The position numbers were made by a program, and so were the translations under genes. Under the pieces are notes generated by a model. The model had not been told where the DNA came from and did not search any database. It worked only from the letters and a program-made list of their open reading frames with translations. Positions 13,016 to 25,067 of a DNA stretch of 64,000 nucleotides are shown piece after piece. The stretch covers positions 309,582,335-309,646,334 of the forward strand of contig NC_052146.1 of NCBI RefSeq assembly GCF_902713615.1. Direction: 5' to 3'. Within the stretch, counting starts at the first letter, position 1, and each line of letters opens with the position of its first letter. The stretch comes from Scyliorhinus canicula (taxonomy: Eukaryota).

Positions 13016-13515
13016 NNNNNNNNNNNNNNNNNNNNNNNNNNNNNNNNNNNNNNNNNNNNNNNNNNNNNNNNNNNNNNNNNNNNNNNNNNNNNNNNNNNNN
13101 NNNNNNNNNNNNNNNNNNNNNNNNNNNNNNNNNNNNNNNNNNNNNNNNNNNNNNNNNNNNNNNNNNNNNNNNNNNNNNNNNNNNNNNNNNNNNNNNNNNN
13201 NNNNNNNNNNNNNNNNNNNNNNNNNNNNNNNNNNNNNNNNNNNNNNNNNNNNNNNNNNNNNNNNNNNNNNNNNNNNNNNNNNNNNNNNNNNNNNNNNNNN
13301 NNNNNNNNNNNNNNNNNNNNNNNNNNNNNNNNNNNNNNNNNNNNNNNNNNNNNNNNNNNNNNNNNNNNNNNNNNNNNNNNNNNNNNNNNNNNNNNNNNNN
13401 NNNNNNNNNNNNNNNNNNNNNNNNNNNNNNNNNNNNNNNNNNNNNNNNNNNNNNNNNNNNNNNNNNNNNNNNNNNNNNNNNNNNNNNNNNNNNNNNNNNN
13501 NNNNNNNNNNNNNNN
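13016..13515. other. Assembly gap (500 N)
   Basis: Run of exactly 500 N, beginning inside the 30/33-bp satellite. Confidence 0.99.
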
Positions 13516-15610
13516 GAGTGGTGTGTCTTGTGGGTTTCAGGAGTGTGTGTGTTGTGTGTTCCAGTGAGTGTGTGTTGTGTGTTCCAGTGAGTGTGTGTTG
13601 TGTGTTCCAGTGAGTGTGTGTTGTGTGTTCCAGTGAGTGTGTGTGTCTACATGTTTCACTGAGTGTGTGTCTGCGTGTTTCTGAGTGTGTGTGTCTGCGT
13701 GTTTCAGTGAGTGTGTGTGTCTGCGTGTTTCAGTGAGTGTGTGTGTCTGCGTGTTTTCAGTGAGTGTGTGTGTCTGCGTGTTCAGTGAGTGTATGTGTCT
13801 CATGTTTCACTGAGTGTGTGTCTGCGTGTTTCTGAGTGTGTGTGCCTGCGTGTTTTCAGTGAGTGTGTGTGTCTGAGTGTGTCAGTGAGTGTGTGTGTCT
13901 GCGTGTACAGGTCTATGTGAATGTGTGTGTCTGCGTGTTCGTGAGTGTGTGGGGTCTACATGTTTCACTGAGTGTGTGGTCTTGTTGTGTTCAGTGAGTG
14001 TGTGTGTCGTGTGTTTCAGTGAGTGTGTGTGTCTGCGTGTTTCAGTGAGAGTGTGTGTCTGCGTGTTCAGTGAGTGTGTGCGTCTGCGTGTTTCAGTGAG
14101 TGTGCGTCTGCGTGTTTCAGTGAGTGTGTGTCTGCGTGTTTCTGAGTGTGTGTGTCTGCGTGTTCAGTGAGTGTATGTTTCTATATGTTCTGTGAGTGGT
14201 GTGTGTCTACGTGTTTCAGTGAGTTTGTGTGTCTGCGTGTTTCTGAGTGTGTGTGTTTGCGGGTATGTTTCTGTATGTGAGTGTGTGTGTCTGCGTGTTT
14301 CAGCGAGTTTGTTTTTCTATGTGTTTCTGTGAGTGTCTGTTTCTGTGAGAGTGTATGTGCACCTATGTGTTTTTCTGTTAGACAATATGTGCGTGTATTT
14401 GTCAGTTGTGTGTATGTATGTGTGCGTGTGTGTATTTCTGGAAGAGTGTGTGTATGTGTTTCTGAAAGTGTGTGTGTCTGTCTGTCTTTCTGTGGGAACG
14501 TGTATGTATCTATGTGTTTTAAGAATGTGTGTGTATGTGTATTTTTGTGAGTGTGTTTTTTGTTATTTCTGTGTGCGAATGTGTTTCTGTGTGTGTGTGT
14601 TTTTATGAGTGAGTGTATCTATTTCTGAGTGTGTGTCAGTTTATGTGTTCTGTGAGAGTGTGTTTGTTTGTATATGTGTGTTTCTGTGAGTGAGAGTGTG
14701 TGTTTCTGAGTGTTTGTGTGTCTGTGAATGAGTGTGTGCGTTTCTGAGTGTTTGTGCATTTCTGAGTGTGTTTGTGTTTCTGAGTGTGTGAGTATTGAAA
14801 TGAATGAAATGAAAATCGCTTATTGTCACAAGTAGGCTTCAATGAAGGCACTGTGAAAAGCCCCTAGTCGCCACATTCCGCCGCCTGTTCGGGGAGGCTG
14901 GTACGGGAATTGAACCGTACTGCTGGCCTGCCTTGGTCTGCTTTCAAAGCCAGTGACTTAGCCCAGTGTGCTAAACCAGCCCCAAGTTTCTGAGTGTTTG
15001 TGTGTGTTTCTGTGAGTGAGTGTGTCTGTGTTTCTGAGAGTGTGTGTATTTCTGAGTGTGTGTCCTGTTTCTGGGAATGAGTGTGTGTGTGTGTCTCTGA
15101 GTGTTTGTGTGTGTTTGAATGAGTGCGTCTGTGTTTCGGAGTGAATGTCTGTGTTTCTGAGTGAGTGTCTGTGTTTCTGAGTGAGTGTCTGTGTTTCTGA
15201 GTGTGTGTGTTTCTGAGTGTTTCTGCGTGTTTCTGTGAGTGAGTGTGTGTTTGTCAGAGTGTGTGTCTGTTTCTGGGAATGAGTGTGTGTGTGTGTCTCT
15301 GAGTGTTTGTGTGTGTTTGAATGAGTGCGTCTGTGTTTCGGAGTGAATGTCTGTGTTTCTGAGTGAGTGTCTGTGTTTCTGAGTGAGTGTCTGTGTTTCT
15401 GAGTGTGTGTGTTTCTGAGTGTTTCTGCGTGTTTCTGTGAGTGAGTGTGTGTATTTCAGAGTGTGTGTCTGTTTCTGGGAATGAGTGTGTGTGTGTGACT
15501 CTGAGTGTTTGTGTGTGTTTGAGTGAGTGTGTCTGTGTTTGTGAGTGTGTGTCTGTTTCTAGGAATGAGTGTGTGTGTGTTTCTGAGTGTTTGTACGGCA
15601 GTCTGTGTAT
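13516..15610. repeat. Degenerate (TG)-rich low-complexity tract (also 17660-18000 and 22804-23790)
   Basis: GTGAGTGTGTGTTTCT-type repeats interrupted by SINE, LTR and LINE insertions. Confidence 0.92.
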
Positions 15611-15611
15611 T

Positions 15612-15961
15612 TCATAGATGTCATAGAATTTGCAGTGCAGAAGGAGGCCATTCGGTCCATCGAGTCTGCACCGGCTCTTGGAAAGAGCACCCTACCCAAG
15701 GTCAACACCTCCACCTTATCCCCATAACCCAGTAACCCCACCCAATACTAAGGGCACCTTTGGACACTAAGGGCAATTTAGCACGGCCAATCCACCTAAC
15801 CTGCACATGTTTGGACTGTGGGAGGAAACCGGAGCACCCGGAGGAAACCCACGCACACACGGGGAGGATGCAGACTCCACACAGACAGTGACCCAAGCTG
15901 GAATCGAACCTGGAACCCTGGAGCTGTGAAGCAATTGTGCTATCCACAAGGCTACCCTGCT
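15612..15961 (-). mobile_element. HE1/V-SINE-like SINE
   Basis: Reverse complement of the same family. Confidence 0.88.
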
Positions 15962-16717
15962 GTGAGCGTATATGATTGGATTGGATTGGATTTGTTTATT
16001 GTTACGTGTACCGAGGTACAGTGAAAAGTATTGTACTGTGAGCAGCTCAACAGCTCATTTAGTACATGGTGTTCTTGAAAATACAGAAAAATGTGTCATT
16101 TGAAACATGGAAGTCTGGCAATATCTGGTTTGAGAGGGTACAGGGAAAGATCCCACAAAAGGTTAATAGCAGCTGCAAAGAGCTGGGTTATAAAATGCAG
16201 ATTCTTGCTCACAAGCAGGTTTCGCAGACACACAGGTTTCATGTGGTAAGCTAAAACAATGGCTCACACCTTCATGGAATGTAACTATCTCAGGAAGCAT
16301 CTGGAAAAGCATGGATGAGAGTTTCAATTGCATTAAGTGACGAATGTTTAAAACAGGCAAGTCTTTCAAGTCATAACCAAGTTAAATTTTAGCATACAGC
16401 TAAAAGCAAAGTTTCACACCTTCATTGAAATAAACTCTCTTAGTAAACAGCTGGAAAGGATGGAAGATGCCCAGTCGAATTTGGTGTCAATTCTAAAGTG
16501 TAAAATTCTATGAACATCAAGACAATTAAAAGAAAATTGGAGACGACCTGTCTACGAAAAACATAATTTAAGTCAAAATCAAAGGCAAAGTTATGAGCTG
16601 GGGACAATTGGAAAATTAAACGATTCGAAATCACAGAAATAAAAGTTAACTATTGAAACCAAAGCATTGTTTAATCAGATCTGAGAGGAGACGATATGCC
16701 CAAAATGAATAATTAGT

Positions 16718-17515
16718 TGTAGTAAAATGTTTACATCAAAGATACTTTTAAACTATCAAAGTGAAACAAGCTCATTTACAATAAAGTCGTTAAAACTTAA
16801 TAACTCTCAGAAAGAGAATATAAACCCAGGGAGCAGCAGCAACAAGGACAGAGGACAGAGGACAGGGCAGAGGAAACCAGCAACAGGAGAGAAGGGGAGG
16901 AGAACTCAGAGAGAGAGAGAGAGCTCGGTCATGGGAAAGACAAGGCAAGCAGCCGAGTTTAAGCAGTTATACATCTAAGGAAGACTAGAATTTAAACAAG
17001 AGCCAGAGCCAGCTCTCACAGCTCGGTACATGGGAAGGACAGGACACAGCAACTGAGTTCACCAGCGAATACAACTCAAGAAGACCAGATTTTAAGAAGA
17101 TCGATTGTCAAGGTGGGCCTGAAGGTCTGTACAACCAACAAGCAGCATCCAGAAGCAAGATCTTTTTACCTTTCTGTAAAGAAAGTGTTTGCAGCTTTTA
17201 AAAGAAAGAATATAATAATAAAATAACTTAACTTAACCTGAAAAAGTGGTTATTAGCTTACTTCACTTCCTTAATAACGCAGGACCCAGGACATCAATGC
17301 TATTAAGGGGTAAGTAGGTAAAATTCTTCGGTGAAGGTATGGGTTATACCGGGGGATAACTTGAAAAGATAGTTTGACCTGAATAGCACCCACAGAAGCC
17401 TGCATCGGAGTCAGGGAGTGAGAATCCCTGTTCACCATTTAGAATATCGACCTTTTTTTGGTATAGGGGGAATTCTAAGAATAGTGGTGAGTTTTAACTT
17501 CAATGGGAAGAAAGG
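16718..17515 (+). mobile_element. Probable LTR-element remnant
   Basis: TGT start and two imperfect internal repeats of about 90 bp (16921-17100); boundaries uncertain. Confidence 0.35.
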
Positions 17516-18002
17516 GGAATAAAAGAAAATACATAATAGGGCAACACAAGGTATACAATGTAACTACATAAGCACTGGCATCGGATGAAGCATACAGGGG
17601 TGTAGTGTTAATGAGGTCAGTCCATAAGAGGGTCATTCAGGAGTCTGGTAACAGCGAGGAATGTGTTGTGCACGTGTTTTCTCTGTAGTGTGTGTTCCTG
17701 TGAGGGAGTGTGGATGTGTGTTTCTGTCAGTGGGTATGTCTGTTTCTGTGAGTGGGTATGTCTGTGTATATGTATGTGTGCTTCTGTGAGTGAGTGTGTC
17801 TGTGTTTCTCAGTGCATGTGCGGCGCTATGTATTTCTGTGAGCGTATGTGCACGTGTTTTTCTCTGTAGTGTGTGTTTCTATGGATGAGTGTGTATGTGT
17901 GTTTCTGTGAGTGAGAGTGTATGTGTGTGTCTAAGTGTGTGTGAGTGTTTCTGTGAGCGTGTGTGTTTCTGTGAGAGTGTGTCCATGTTTATTTGTGTGA
18001 GT

Positions 18003-21000
18003 GGGCGCTTTTATGTTTTCAGATTTTCGGCGGGAGCAGTGTCCAGGGGCCTATCAGGAAGGTAAGTTTACCTTTAAAAATGTACCTTAGAGCTGCAGGA
18101 AGTCGGCCGTGGGGATTTCTGGGAGGATTTGTTAGTGCCTGCATATAAATTGGGCGGTTGCTAAACCCGAGACAATACACTTGTAGTGTCCCCCACCCTT
18201 CCACCTCCTGTAACCTAAGGGGTTGAGGGAATATCCTTTCTTTTTCTTGTTTTATCTAGAGGGGATGGCAGGGAAGGCAGTACAATGCTCCTCCTGCAGA
18301 ATGTTTGAGCTGAGGGACGCCGTCAGTGTCCCTGCTGATTCCACCTGTGGGAAGTGCACCTATCTCCAGCTCCTCAGAAACCATGTTAGGGAATTGGAGC
18401 TGGAGCTGGATGAACTTCAGATCATTCGGGAGGCAGAGGTGGTCATAGACAGAAGCTTCAGGGATGTAGTTACTCCGAAGAATAAAGATAGATGGGTGAC
18501 GGTGAGAGGGGCTGGGAGGAAGCAGTCAGTACAGGGATCCCCTGTGGTCGTTCCCTTAGTAACAAGTATACCGCTTTGGATACTGTTGGGGGGGGGACGA
18601 CTTACCAGGGGTAAGCCATGGGGTACAGGTCTCTGGCACAGAGTCTGTCCCTGTTGCTCAGAAGGGAAGCGGGGGGGGGGGGGTGAGGAGTAGAGCATTA
18701 GTCATTGGAGACTCCATAGTTAGGGGGATAGATAGGAGATTCTGTGGGAACGAGAGAGACTCGCGGTTGGTGTGTTGCCTCCCAGGTGCCAGAGTCCGTG
18801 ATGTCTCGGTCGTGTTTTCGGGATCCTTAAAGGGGAGGGGGAGCAGCCCCAAGTCGTGGTCCACATAGGCACCAACAACATAGGTAGGAAAAGGGATAAG
18901 GATGTAAGGCAGGAATTCAGGGAGTTAGGGTGGAAACTTAGATCTAGGACAAATAGAGTTATTATCTCTGGGTTGTTACCCGTGCCTGCTAGCGAGACGA
19001 GGAATAGGGAGAGAGAGCAGTTGAACACGTGGCTACAGGGATGGTGCAGGAGGGAGGGTTTCAGATTCCTGGATAATTGGGATCATTCTGGGGTAGGTGG
19101 GACCTCTACAAACGGGATGGTCTACACCTGCACCAGAAGGGTACCAATATCCTGGGTGGGAAAGTTGCTAATGCTCTTAGGGAGGGTTTAAACTAGTTCA
19201 GCAGGGGGTTGGGAACCTGAATTGTAGATCCATTATACAGGAGGTTGAGAGTAGTGAGTTCATGAGTAAGGTTTCAAAGTTGCAGGAGTGTACTGCAGGC
19301 AGGAAGGTGGTTTAAAGTGCGTCTTCTTCAATGCCAGGAGCATCCGGAATAAGGTGGGTGAACTTGCAGCATGGGTTGGTAACTGGGACTTCGATGTTGT
19401 GGCCATTTCGGAGACATGGATAGAGCAGGGACAGGAATGGTTGTTGTAGGTGCCGGGGTTTAGATATTTCAGTAAGCTCAGGGAAGGTGGTAAGAGAGGG
19501 GAGGGGTGGCATTGTTAGTCAAGGACAGTATTACGGTGGCAGAAAGTAAGTTTGATGAGGACTCGTCTACTGAGGTAGTATGGGCTGAGGTGAGAAACAG
19601 GAAAGGAGAGGTCACCCCGTTAGGGATTTTCTTTAGGCCTCCAAAAAGTTCCAGATATGTAGAGGAAAGGATTGCAAAGCTGATTCTGGATAGGAGCGAA
19701 AGTAACAGGGTAGTTGTTATGGGGGACTTTAACTTTCCAAATATTGACTGGAACACTATAGTTCGAGTACTTTAGATGGTTCTGTTTTTGTCCGATGTGT
19801 GCAGGAGTGTTTCCTGACACAGTATGTAGATAGGCCAACGAGAGGCGAGGCCATATTGGATTTGGTACTGGGTAATGAACCGGGACAGGTGTTAGATTTG
19901 GAGGTAGGTGAGCACTTTGGTGATAGTGACCATAATTCGATTACGTTTACTTTAGTGATGGAAAGGGATAGGTATATACCACAGGGCAAGAGTTATAGCT
20001 GGGGGAAAGGCAATTATGATGCGATGAGGCAAGACTTAGGATGCATGGGATGGGGAGGGAAACTGCAGGGGATGGGCACAATGGAAATGTGGAGCTTGTT
20101 CAAGGAACAGCTACTGCGTGTCCTTGATAAGTATGTACCTGTCAGGCAGGGAGGAAGTGGTCGAGCGAGGGAACCGTGGTTTACTAAAGTAGTTGAAACA
20201 CTTGTCAAGAGGAAGAAGGAGGCTTATGTAAAGATGAGACGTGAAGGTGACGTGAAGGTTCAGTTTGGGCGCTCGAGAGTTACAAGTTAGCTAGGAAGGA
20301 CCTAAAGAGAGAGTTAAGAAGAGCCAGGAGGGGACATGAGATGTCTTTGGCAGGTAGGATCAAGGATAACCCTAAAGCTTTCTATAGATATGTCAGGAAT
20401 AAAAGAATGACCAGGGTAAGAGTAGGGCCAGTCAAGGACAGTAGTGGGAAGTTATGCGTGGAGTCCGAGGAGATAGGAGAGGTGCTAAATGAATATTTTG
20501 CGTCAGTATTCACACAGGAAAAAGACAATGGGCGCGATTCTCCGCAAATCCGGCGTGCCGTGACGGCTCGGAGCTCCGTCCCGGGACCCGATTGTCCCCC
20601 CCGGGCGGGGCTAGTATCGGGGCCGGGGGAATCACGAACTCCGTCCGCCAAGAGTCACGGCGGCTGACGCGCACGATGACGTCATCACGCAGATGCGTCA
20701 AACCCGCGCATGCGCGGGCCGTCATGCCCATCAGCCGCCCCGCGGACTGATCCTGCGGGGCGGCGGAACAACAAATAGTGCGCGGGTATCGGACCCGCTG
20801 CCCGCGATCGGTACCCACCGATCGCAGGCCCATGCCAGCCTTGGCACGGCTGTGGTGCGGCCGTGCCAATCGGTGCCATGGTTGTCCGGGACGGGCACTT
20901 TGCGCCCGTTTTCACGAACGCTGAAAGCAGCGGTGATCGCGGCCGTGAAAACGGGCGTAAACTCCGCGGTATTCGGCCCATCGGCCTGCGGAGAATCGCC

Positions 21001-22803
21001 GCTCGCCATAAAAAACGGCGAGCAGCGATTCGTGTCGGGGGCGGCCGGAGTGGGGGGGGGGGGGGGGGGGAATAGCGGGAGGCCATGAAAATTGTCGGTA
21101 AGGCCTTCCCGCTATTCTCCGACCTATCGTGGGCAGCGGAGAATTGCGCCCAATGTCGTCGAGGAGAATACTGAGATACAGGCTACTAGACTAGAAGGGC
21201 TTGAGGTTCATAAGGAGGAGGTGATAGCGATTCTGGAAAAGTGAAAATAGATAAGTTCCCTGGGCCGGATGGGATTTATCCTAGGATTCTCTGGGAAGCT
21301 AGGGAGGAGATTGCTGAGCCTTTGGCTTTGATCTTTAAGTCATCTTTGTCTTCAGGAATAGTGCCAGAAGACGGGAGGATTGCAAATGTTGTCCCCTTGT
21401 TCAAGAAGAGGAAAGAGACAGCCCCGGTAACTATAGACCAGTGAGCCTTACTTCAGTTGTGGGCAAAGTCTTGGAAAGTTTTATAAGAGATAGGATGTAT
21501 AATCATCTGGAAAGGAATAATTTGATTAGAGATAGTCAACACGGTTTTGTGGAGGGTAGGTCATGCCTCACAAACCTTTTTGAGGTCTTTGAGAAGGTAA
21601 CCAAACAGGTGGACGAGGGTAAAGCAGCTGATGTGGTGCATATGGATTTCAGTAAAGCATTTGATAAGGTTTCTCACGGTAGGCTATTGCAGAAAAGACG
21701 GAGGCATGGGATGCAGGGTGATTTAGCAGTTTGGATCAGAAATTGGCTAGCTGATAGAAGACAAAGGGTGGTGGTTGATGGGAAATCTTCAGACTGGAGT
21801 CCAGTTACTAGTGGTGTACCACAAGGATCTGTTTTGGGGCCACTGCTTTTTGTCATTTTTATAAATGACCTGGAGGAGGGCGTAGAAGGATGGGTGAGTA
21901 AATTTGCAGATGACACTAAAGTCGGTGGAGTTGTGGACAGTGCAGAAGGATGTTACAAGTTACAGAGGGACATAGATAAGCTGCAGAGCTGGACTGAGAA
22001 GTGGCAAATGGAGTTTAATGCAGGAAAGTGTGAGGTGATTCATTTTGGAAGGAATAACAGGAAGACAGAGTATTGGGCTTATGGTAAGATTCTTGGTAGT
22101 GTGGATGAGCAGAGATATCTCGGTGACAATGTACATAGATCCCTGAAAGTTGCCACCCAGGTTGAGAGGGTTGTTAAGAAGGGGTACAGTGTGTTAGCTT
22201 TTATTGGTAGAGGGATTGAGTTTCGGAGCAATGATTTCATGTTGCAGCTGTACAAAACTTTGGTGCGGCCGCATTTGGAGTATTGCGTGCAATTCTGGTC
22301 GCCGCATTATAGGAAGGATGTGGAAGCATTGGAAAGGGGGCAGAGGAGTTTTATCAGGATGTTGCCTGGTATGGAGAGAAGGTCTTATGAGGGAAGGCTG
22401 AGGGACGTGAGGCTGTTTTCGTTAGAGAGAAGAAGGCTGAGAGGTGACTTAATTGAGGCATACAAGATGATCAGAGGATTAGATAGGGTGGACAGTGAGA
22501 GCCTTTTTCCTCGGATGGTGATGTCTAACACGAGGGGACATAGCTTTAAATTGAGGGGAGATAGATATAGTACAGATGTCAGGGGTAGGTTCTTTACTCA
22601 GAGAGTAGTAAGGGCGCGGAATGCCCTGCCTGCAACAGTAATGGACTCGCCATCACTAAACGCATTCAAATGGTCATTGGATAGACATATGGATAATAAG
22701 GGAATAGTGTAGATGGGCTTTAGAGTGGTTCACAGGTCGGCGCAACATCGAGGGCTGAAGGGCCAGTACTGCACTGTAATGATTCTATGTTCTATGTTCT
22801 ATG
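18003..22803 (+). mobile_element. Full-length degenerate CR1 LINE
   Basis: ORF1 with Cys motif (CSSC..CGKC) and SGNH esterase (GDSIVRG); ORF2 APE (GDFNFP) and RT (QGSVLGP, FADD); (TTCTATG)n tail; several frameshifts. Confidence 0.95.
20530..21151. mobile_element. Harbinger-like MITE inserted in CR1 ORF2
   Basis: TIRs GGGCGCGATTCTCCGC / GCGGAGAATTGCGCCC, 3-bp TSD AAT, GC-rich, no coding capacity. Confidence 0.85.
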
Positions 22804-23814
22804 TGTGTTTGTCTGTGAGGGTGTATGTGTATGTGCGTTTCTCCTGAGTGTGTATGTGTTTCTCTGAGTGCGCGTGTGTATGAGTGTGTGTTTTTGTGAG
22901 TGTGTATCTATTTCTGTGAATGTGTCAACGTGTTTCTCTGAGTATGTCCTTGTCTGTGTGTAAATGTATGTGTGTTTCTGTCAGTGAGTGTGTGTGTTTT
23001 GAGTGTGTGTGCATGCGCTATGTATTTCTCTGAGTGTATGTGCACGTGTTCTTCTCTGTAGTGTGTGTTTCTGTGACTATGAGTGTGTGTGTGCGTATGT
23101 GTGTATTTCTGAGTGAGTATGTATGTGTGTTTCTGTGAGTGTGTGTGTTTGTCTGCGAGAGTGTGTGTGTGTTTGTGAGAGTGTGTGTGTACATGTGTTT
23201 GGCTCTGTGAGTGTATGTGTGTGTTTCTGAGTGTGTACATGTGTTTCTGTGCGTGTGTGTGTTTGTCTGTAAGAGTGTGTGTGTGTTTGTGAGAGTGTGT
23301 GTACGTGTATTTGGCTGTGTAAGTCTGTGTATGTTTCTGAGTCTGTGTCCATGTGTGTTTCTGTGAGTGTGTGTGTCTGTGAGAGTGTGTGTGTGTTTGT
23401 GAGAGTGTGTATGAGTGTTTGCCTGTGAGAGTGTGTGTGTAAGTGTGTTTTCTCTGTGAGAGTGTGTGTGTGTTTGTGAGCGTGTCTGCGTGTGTCTCTG
23501 AGCGTGTGTATGCGTGCTTGTCTGTGAGAATGTGTGTGTAAGTGTGTTTGTCTGTGAGGGTGTGTGTGTGTGTGTTTCTCTGTGAGAGTGTGTGTTTGTC
23601 AGTGTGTGTATAAGTGTGTTTGTCTGTGAGAGTGTGTTTGTCTGTAAGTATGTGTAAGTGCGTTTGACTGTGAGAGTGTGTGTATAAATGTGTTTGTCTG
23701 TCAGAATGTGTGTGTTTCTGAGTGTGCGTGAGAGAGTGTGTGTGTGTGTTTGTCTCAGTGTGTGTCCATGTGTGTATTTGTGAATGTTTGTGTCGAATGA
23801 TCAACATGAAACCA

Positions 23815-24012
23815 TTGTTGATCATTTTGAAAATCCATCTGGTTCACTTATTAGGGAAGGAAATCTGCCACCTTTACCCGGCCTGACCTACATGTGACTC
23901 CAGACCCACAGCAATCTGGTTGACTCTGAAATGGCCGAGCGAGGCACTAAGTCCCAGGGTAACTATAGACGGGGAATAAATGCTGCACCCAGCCAGTGAC
24001 ACCAACATCCCA
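23815..24012 (+). mobile_element. Deu-domain-like SINE fragment
   Basis: GGAAGGAAATCTGCC..GTGACTCCAGACCCACAGCAAT..AATAAATGCTG; relatives at 600-810 plus 1678-1775 and in copy B. Family assignment is from memory. Confidence 0.55.
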
Positions 24013-24151
24013 TGGAAGAATATATTTAAAAACATTCCAAGCAGCGTTGCTGTTTTGGGTCCATTTTGAGTGAATATTTCACCGTTTATACAGGAAGTGA
24101 CAGAAATCAGCTGCTTTTCCCAAATCCATGATAAGTCTCACAGAAACATAC

Positions 24152-24194
24152 CTTTAAGATCACAGTATATGGACAGAGTCCGAGGCTGGCTTGT
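24152..24194 (-). CDS. Cytoplasmic exon 2 (copy B), ITIM-consensus SIYCDL
   Basis: 43 nt, acceptor cctctctattttctgttag|, donor AAG|GTATGT; phase-0 start fits exon 1; reads TSQPRTLSIYCDLK. Read-through past the donor gives GMFL-stop. Confidence 0.65.
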
Positions 24195-24472
24195 CTAACA
24201 GAAAATAGAGAGGTTTTAGTAAGCGGAATCTAGTCACACGTGTACAATGAAATATTGTTTGAAATATTTTAATATCCTGAAATTAGAATTTCTTACCATG
24301 TACGTAGTGTTGGAATCTCCCAGCTGACCTCCAGAACACTGCAATAAATGGGAATCAAGCGTGTAAAATATTTATATTAGTTGAAGAATTTGCTGGCATG
24401 ACTGCGCCAACTTCAGCTATTACCTCAGTAATTTACACATTTTGCTTAAACCATTCTTCAAAACATAGTCAG

Positions 24473-24843
24473 TGTAATGATATGCATAGTATAGGGAGTG
24501 TAAAGGGTTAACAAGATGATGTTCATGTATCTCAACACTAGATGGCACCACAGTGTAGTCATATAAATATAATGTGGCTCCTGGGATTCTGGGAGAAGGT
24601 GTTAGTGAAAGGTTGAGATTGGGTGTTCATTGTGTGAGAGAGAGATTAGACAACGTAGTTAGATATTCTAAATTTCTGTCGCAAATATTAAATACTGTTA
24701 TTTTCTTAGCTATCCCTTAGAAAGGAGCGCAAATCATTTGAAGTAGTGGAAATAAACTAGCTTTGTTTGTAATACATATTTTGATGTTCTTTGTCAGCAT
24801 TACGAATTTTAACCATCTTGAGAGACGCACAGGGAACATCACA
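24473..24843 (+). mobile_element. Solo LTR (371 bp)
   Basis: TGT...ACA ends, perfect 5-bp TSD GTCAG, TATA-like and AATAAA motifs. Confidence 0.85.
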
Positions 24844-25021
24844 GTCAGAGCAAATCAATCAAAGTTTATGTTGAAAAACACAAGTTAAAGGAAAATCCTG
24901 ACCTTGATAAAACACAGTCCTGTCACTGGGAACATGTCAAAACGCAGCTGAGAAAGAAGGGTGCTCGCATCTGCAGATAAATCCCAGTCAGCAGAGAGCG
25001 TGAGGAACAGTCTGGGAGCAG

Positions 25022-25067
25022 ATTTCACTTTCCCAGTCTGTGACCCAGACCACAACAGGAAACGTCA
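25022..25067. promoter_or_regulatory. Candidate intronic immune enhancer (ISRE-like, RUNX, Ets, half-CRE)
   Basis: ATTTCACTTTCC, ACCACA, CAGGAA and ACGTCA within 46 bp; motif match only. Confidence 0.35.

Noticed and set aside
22908-23825. 305-aa His/Thr-rich ORF
   Set aside because: Translation of (CA)n low-complexity DNA.
24903-24970. Leader exon for copy A (MRAPFFLSCVLTCSQ)
   Set aside because: In-frame TGA before any phase-1 donor; the alternative ATG gives a short phase-0 peptide.
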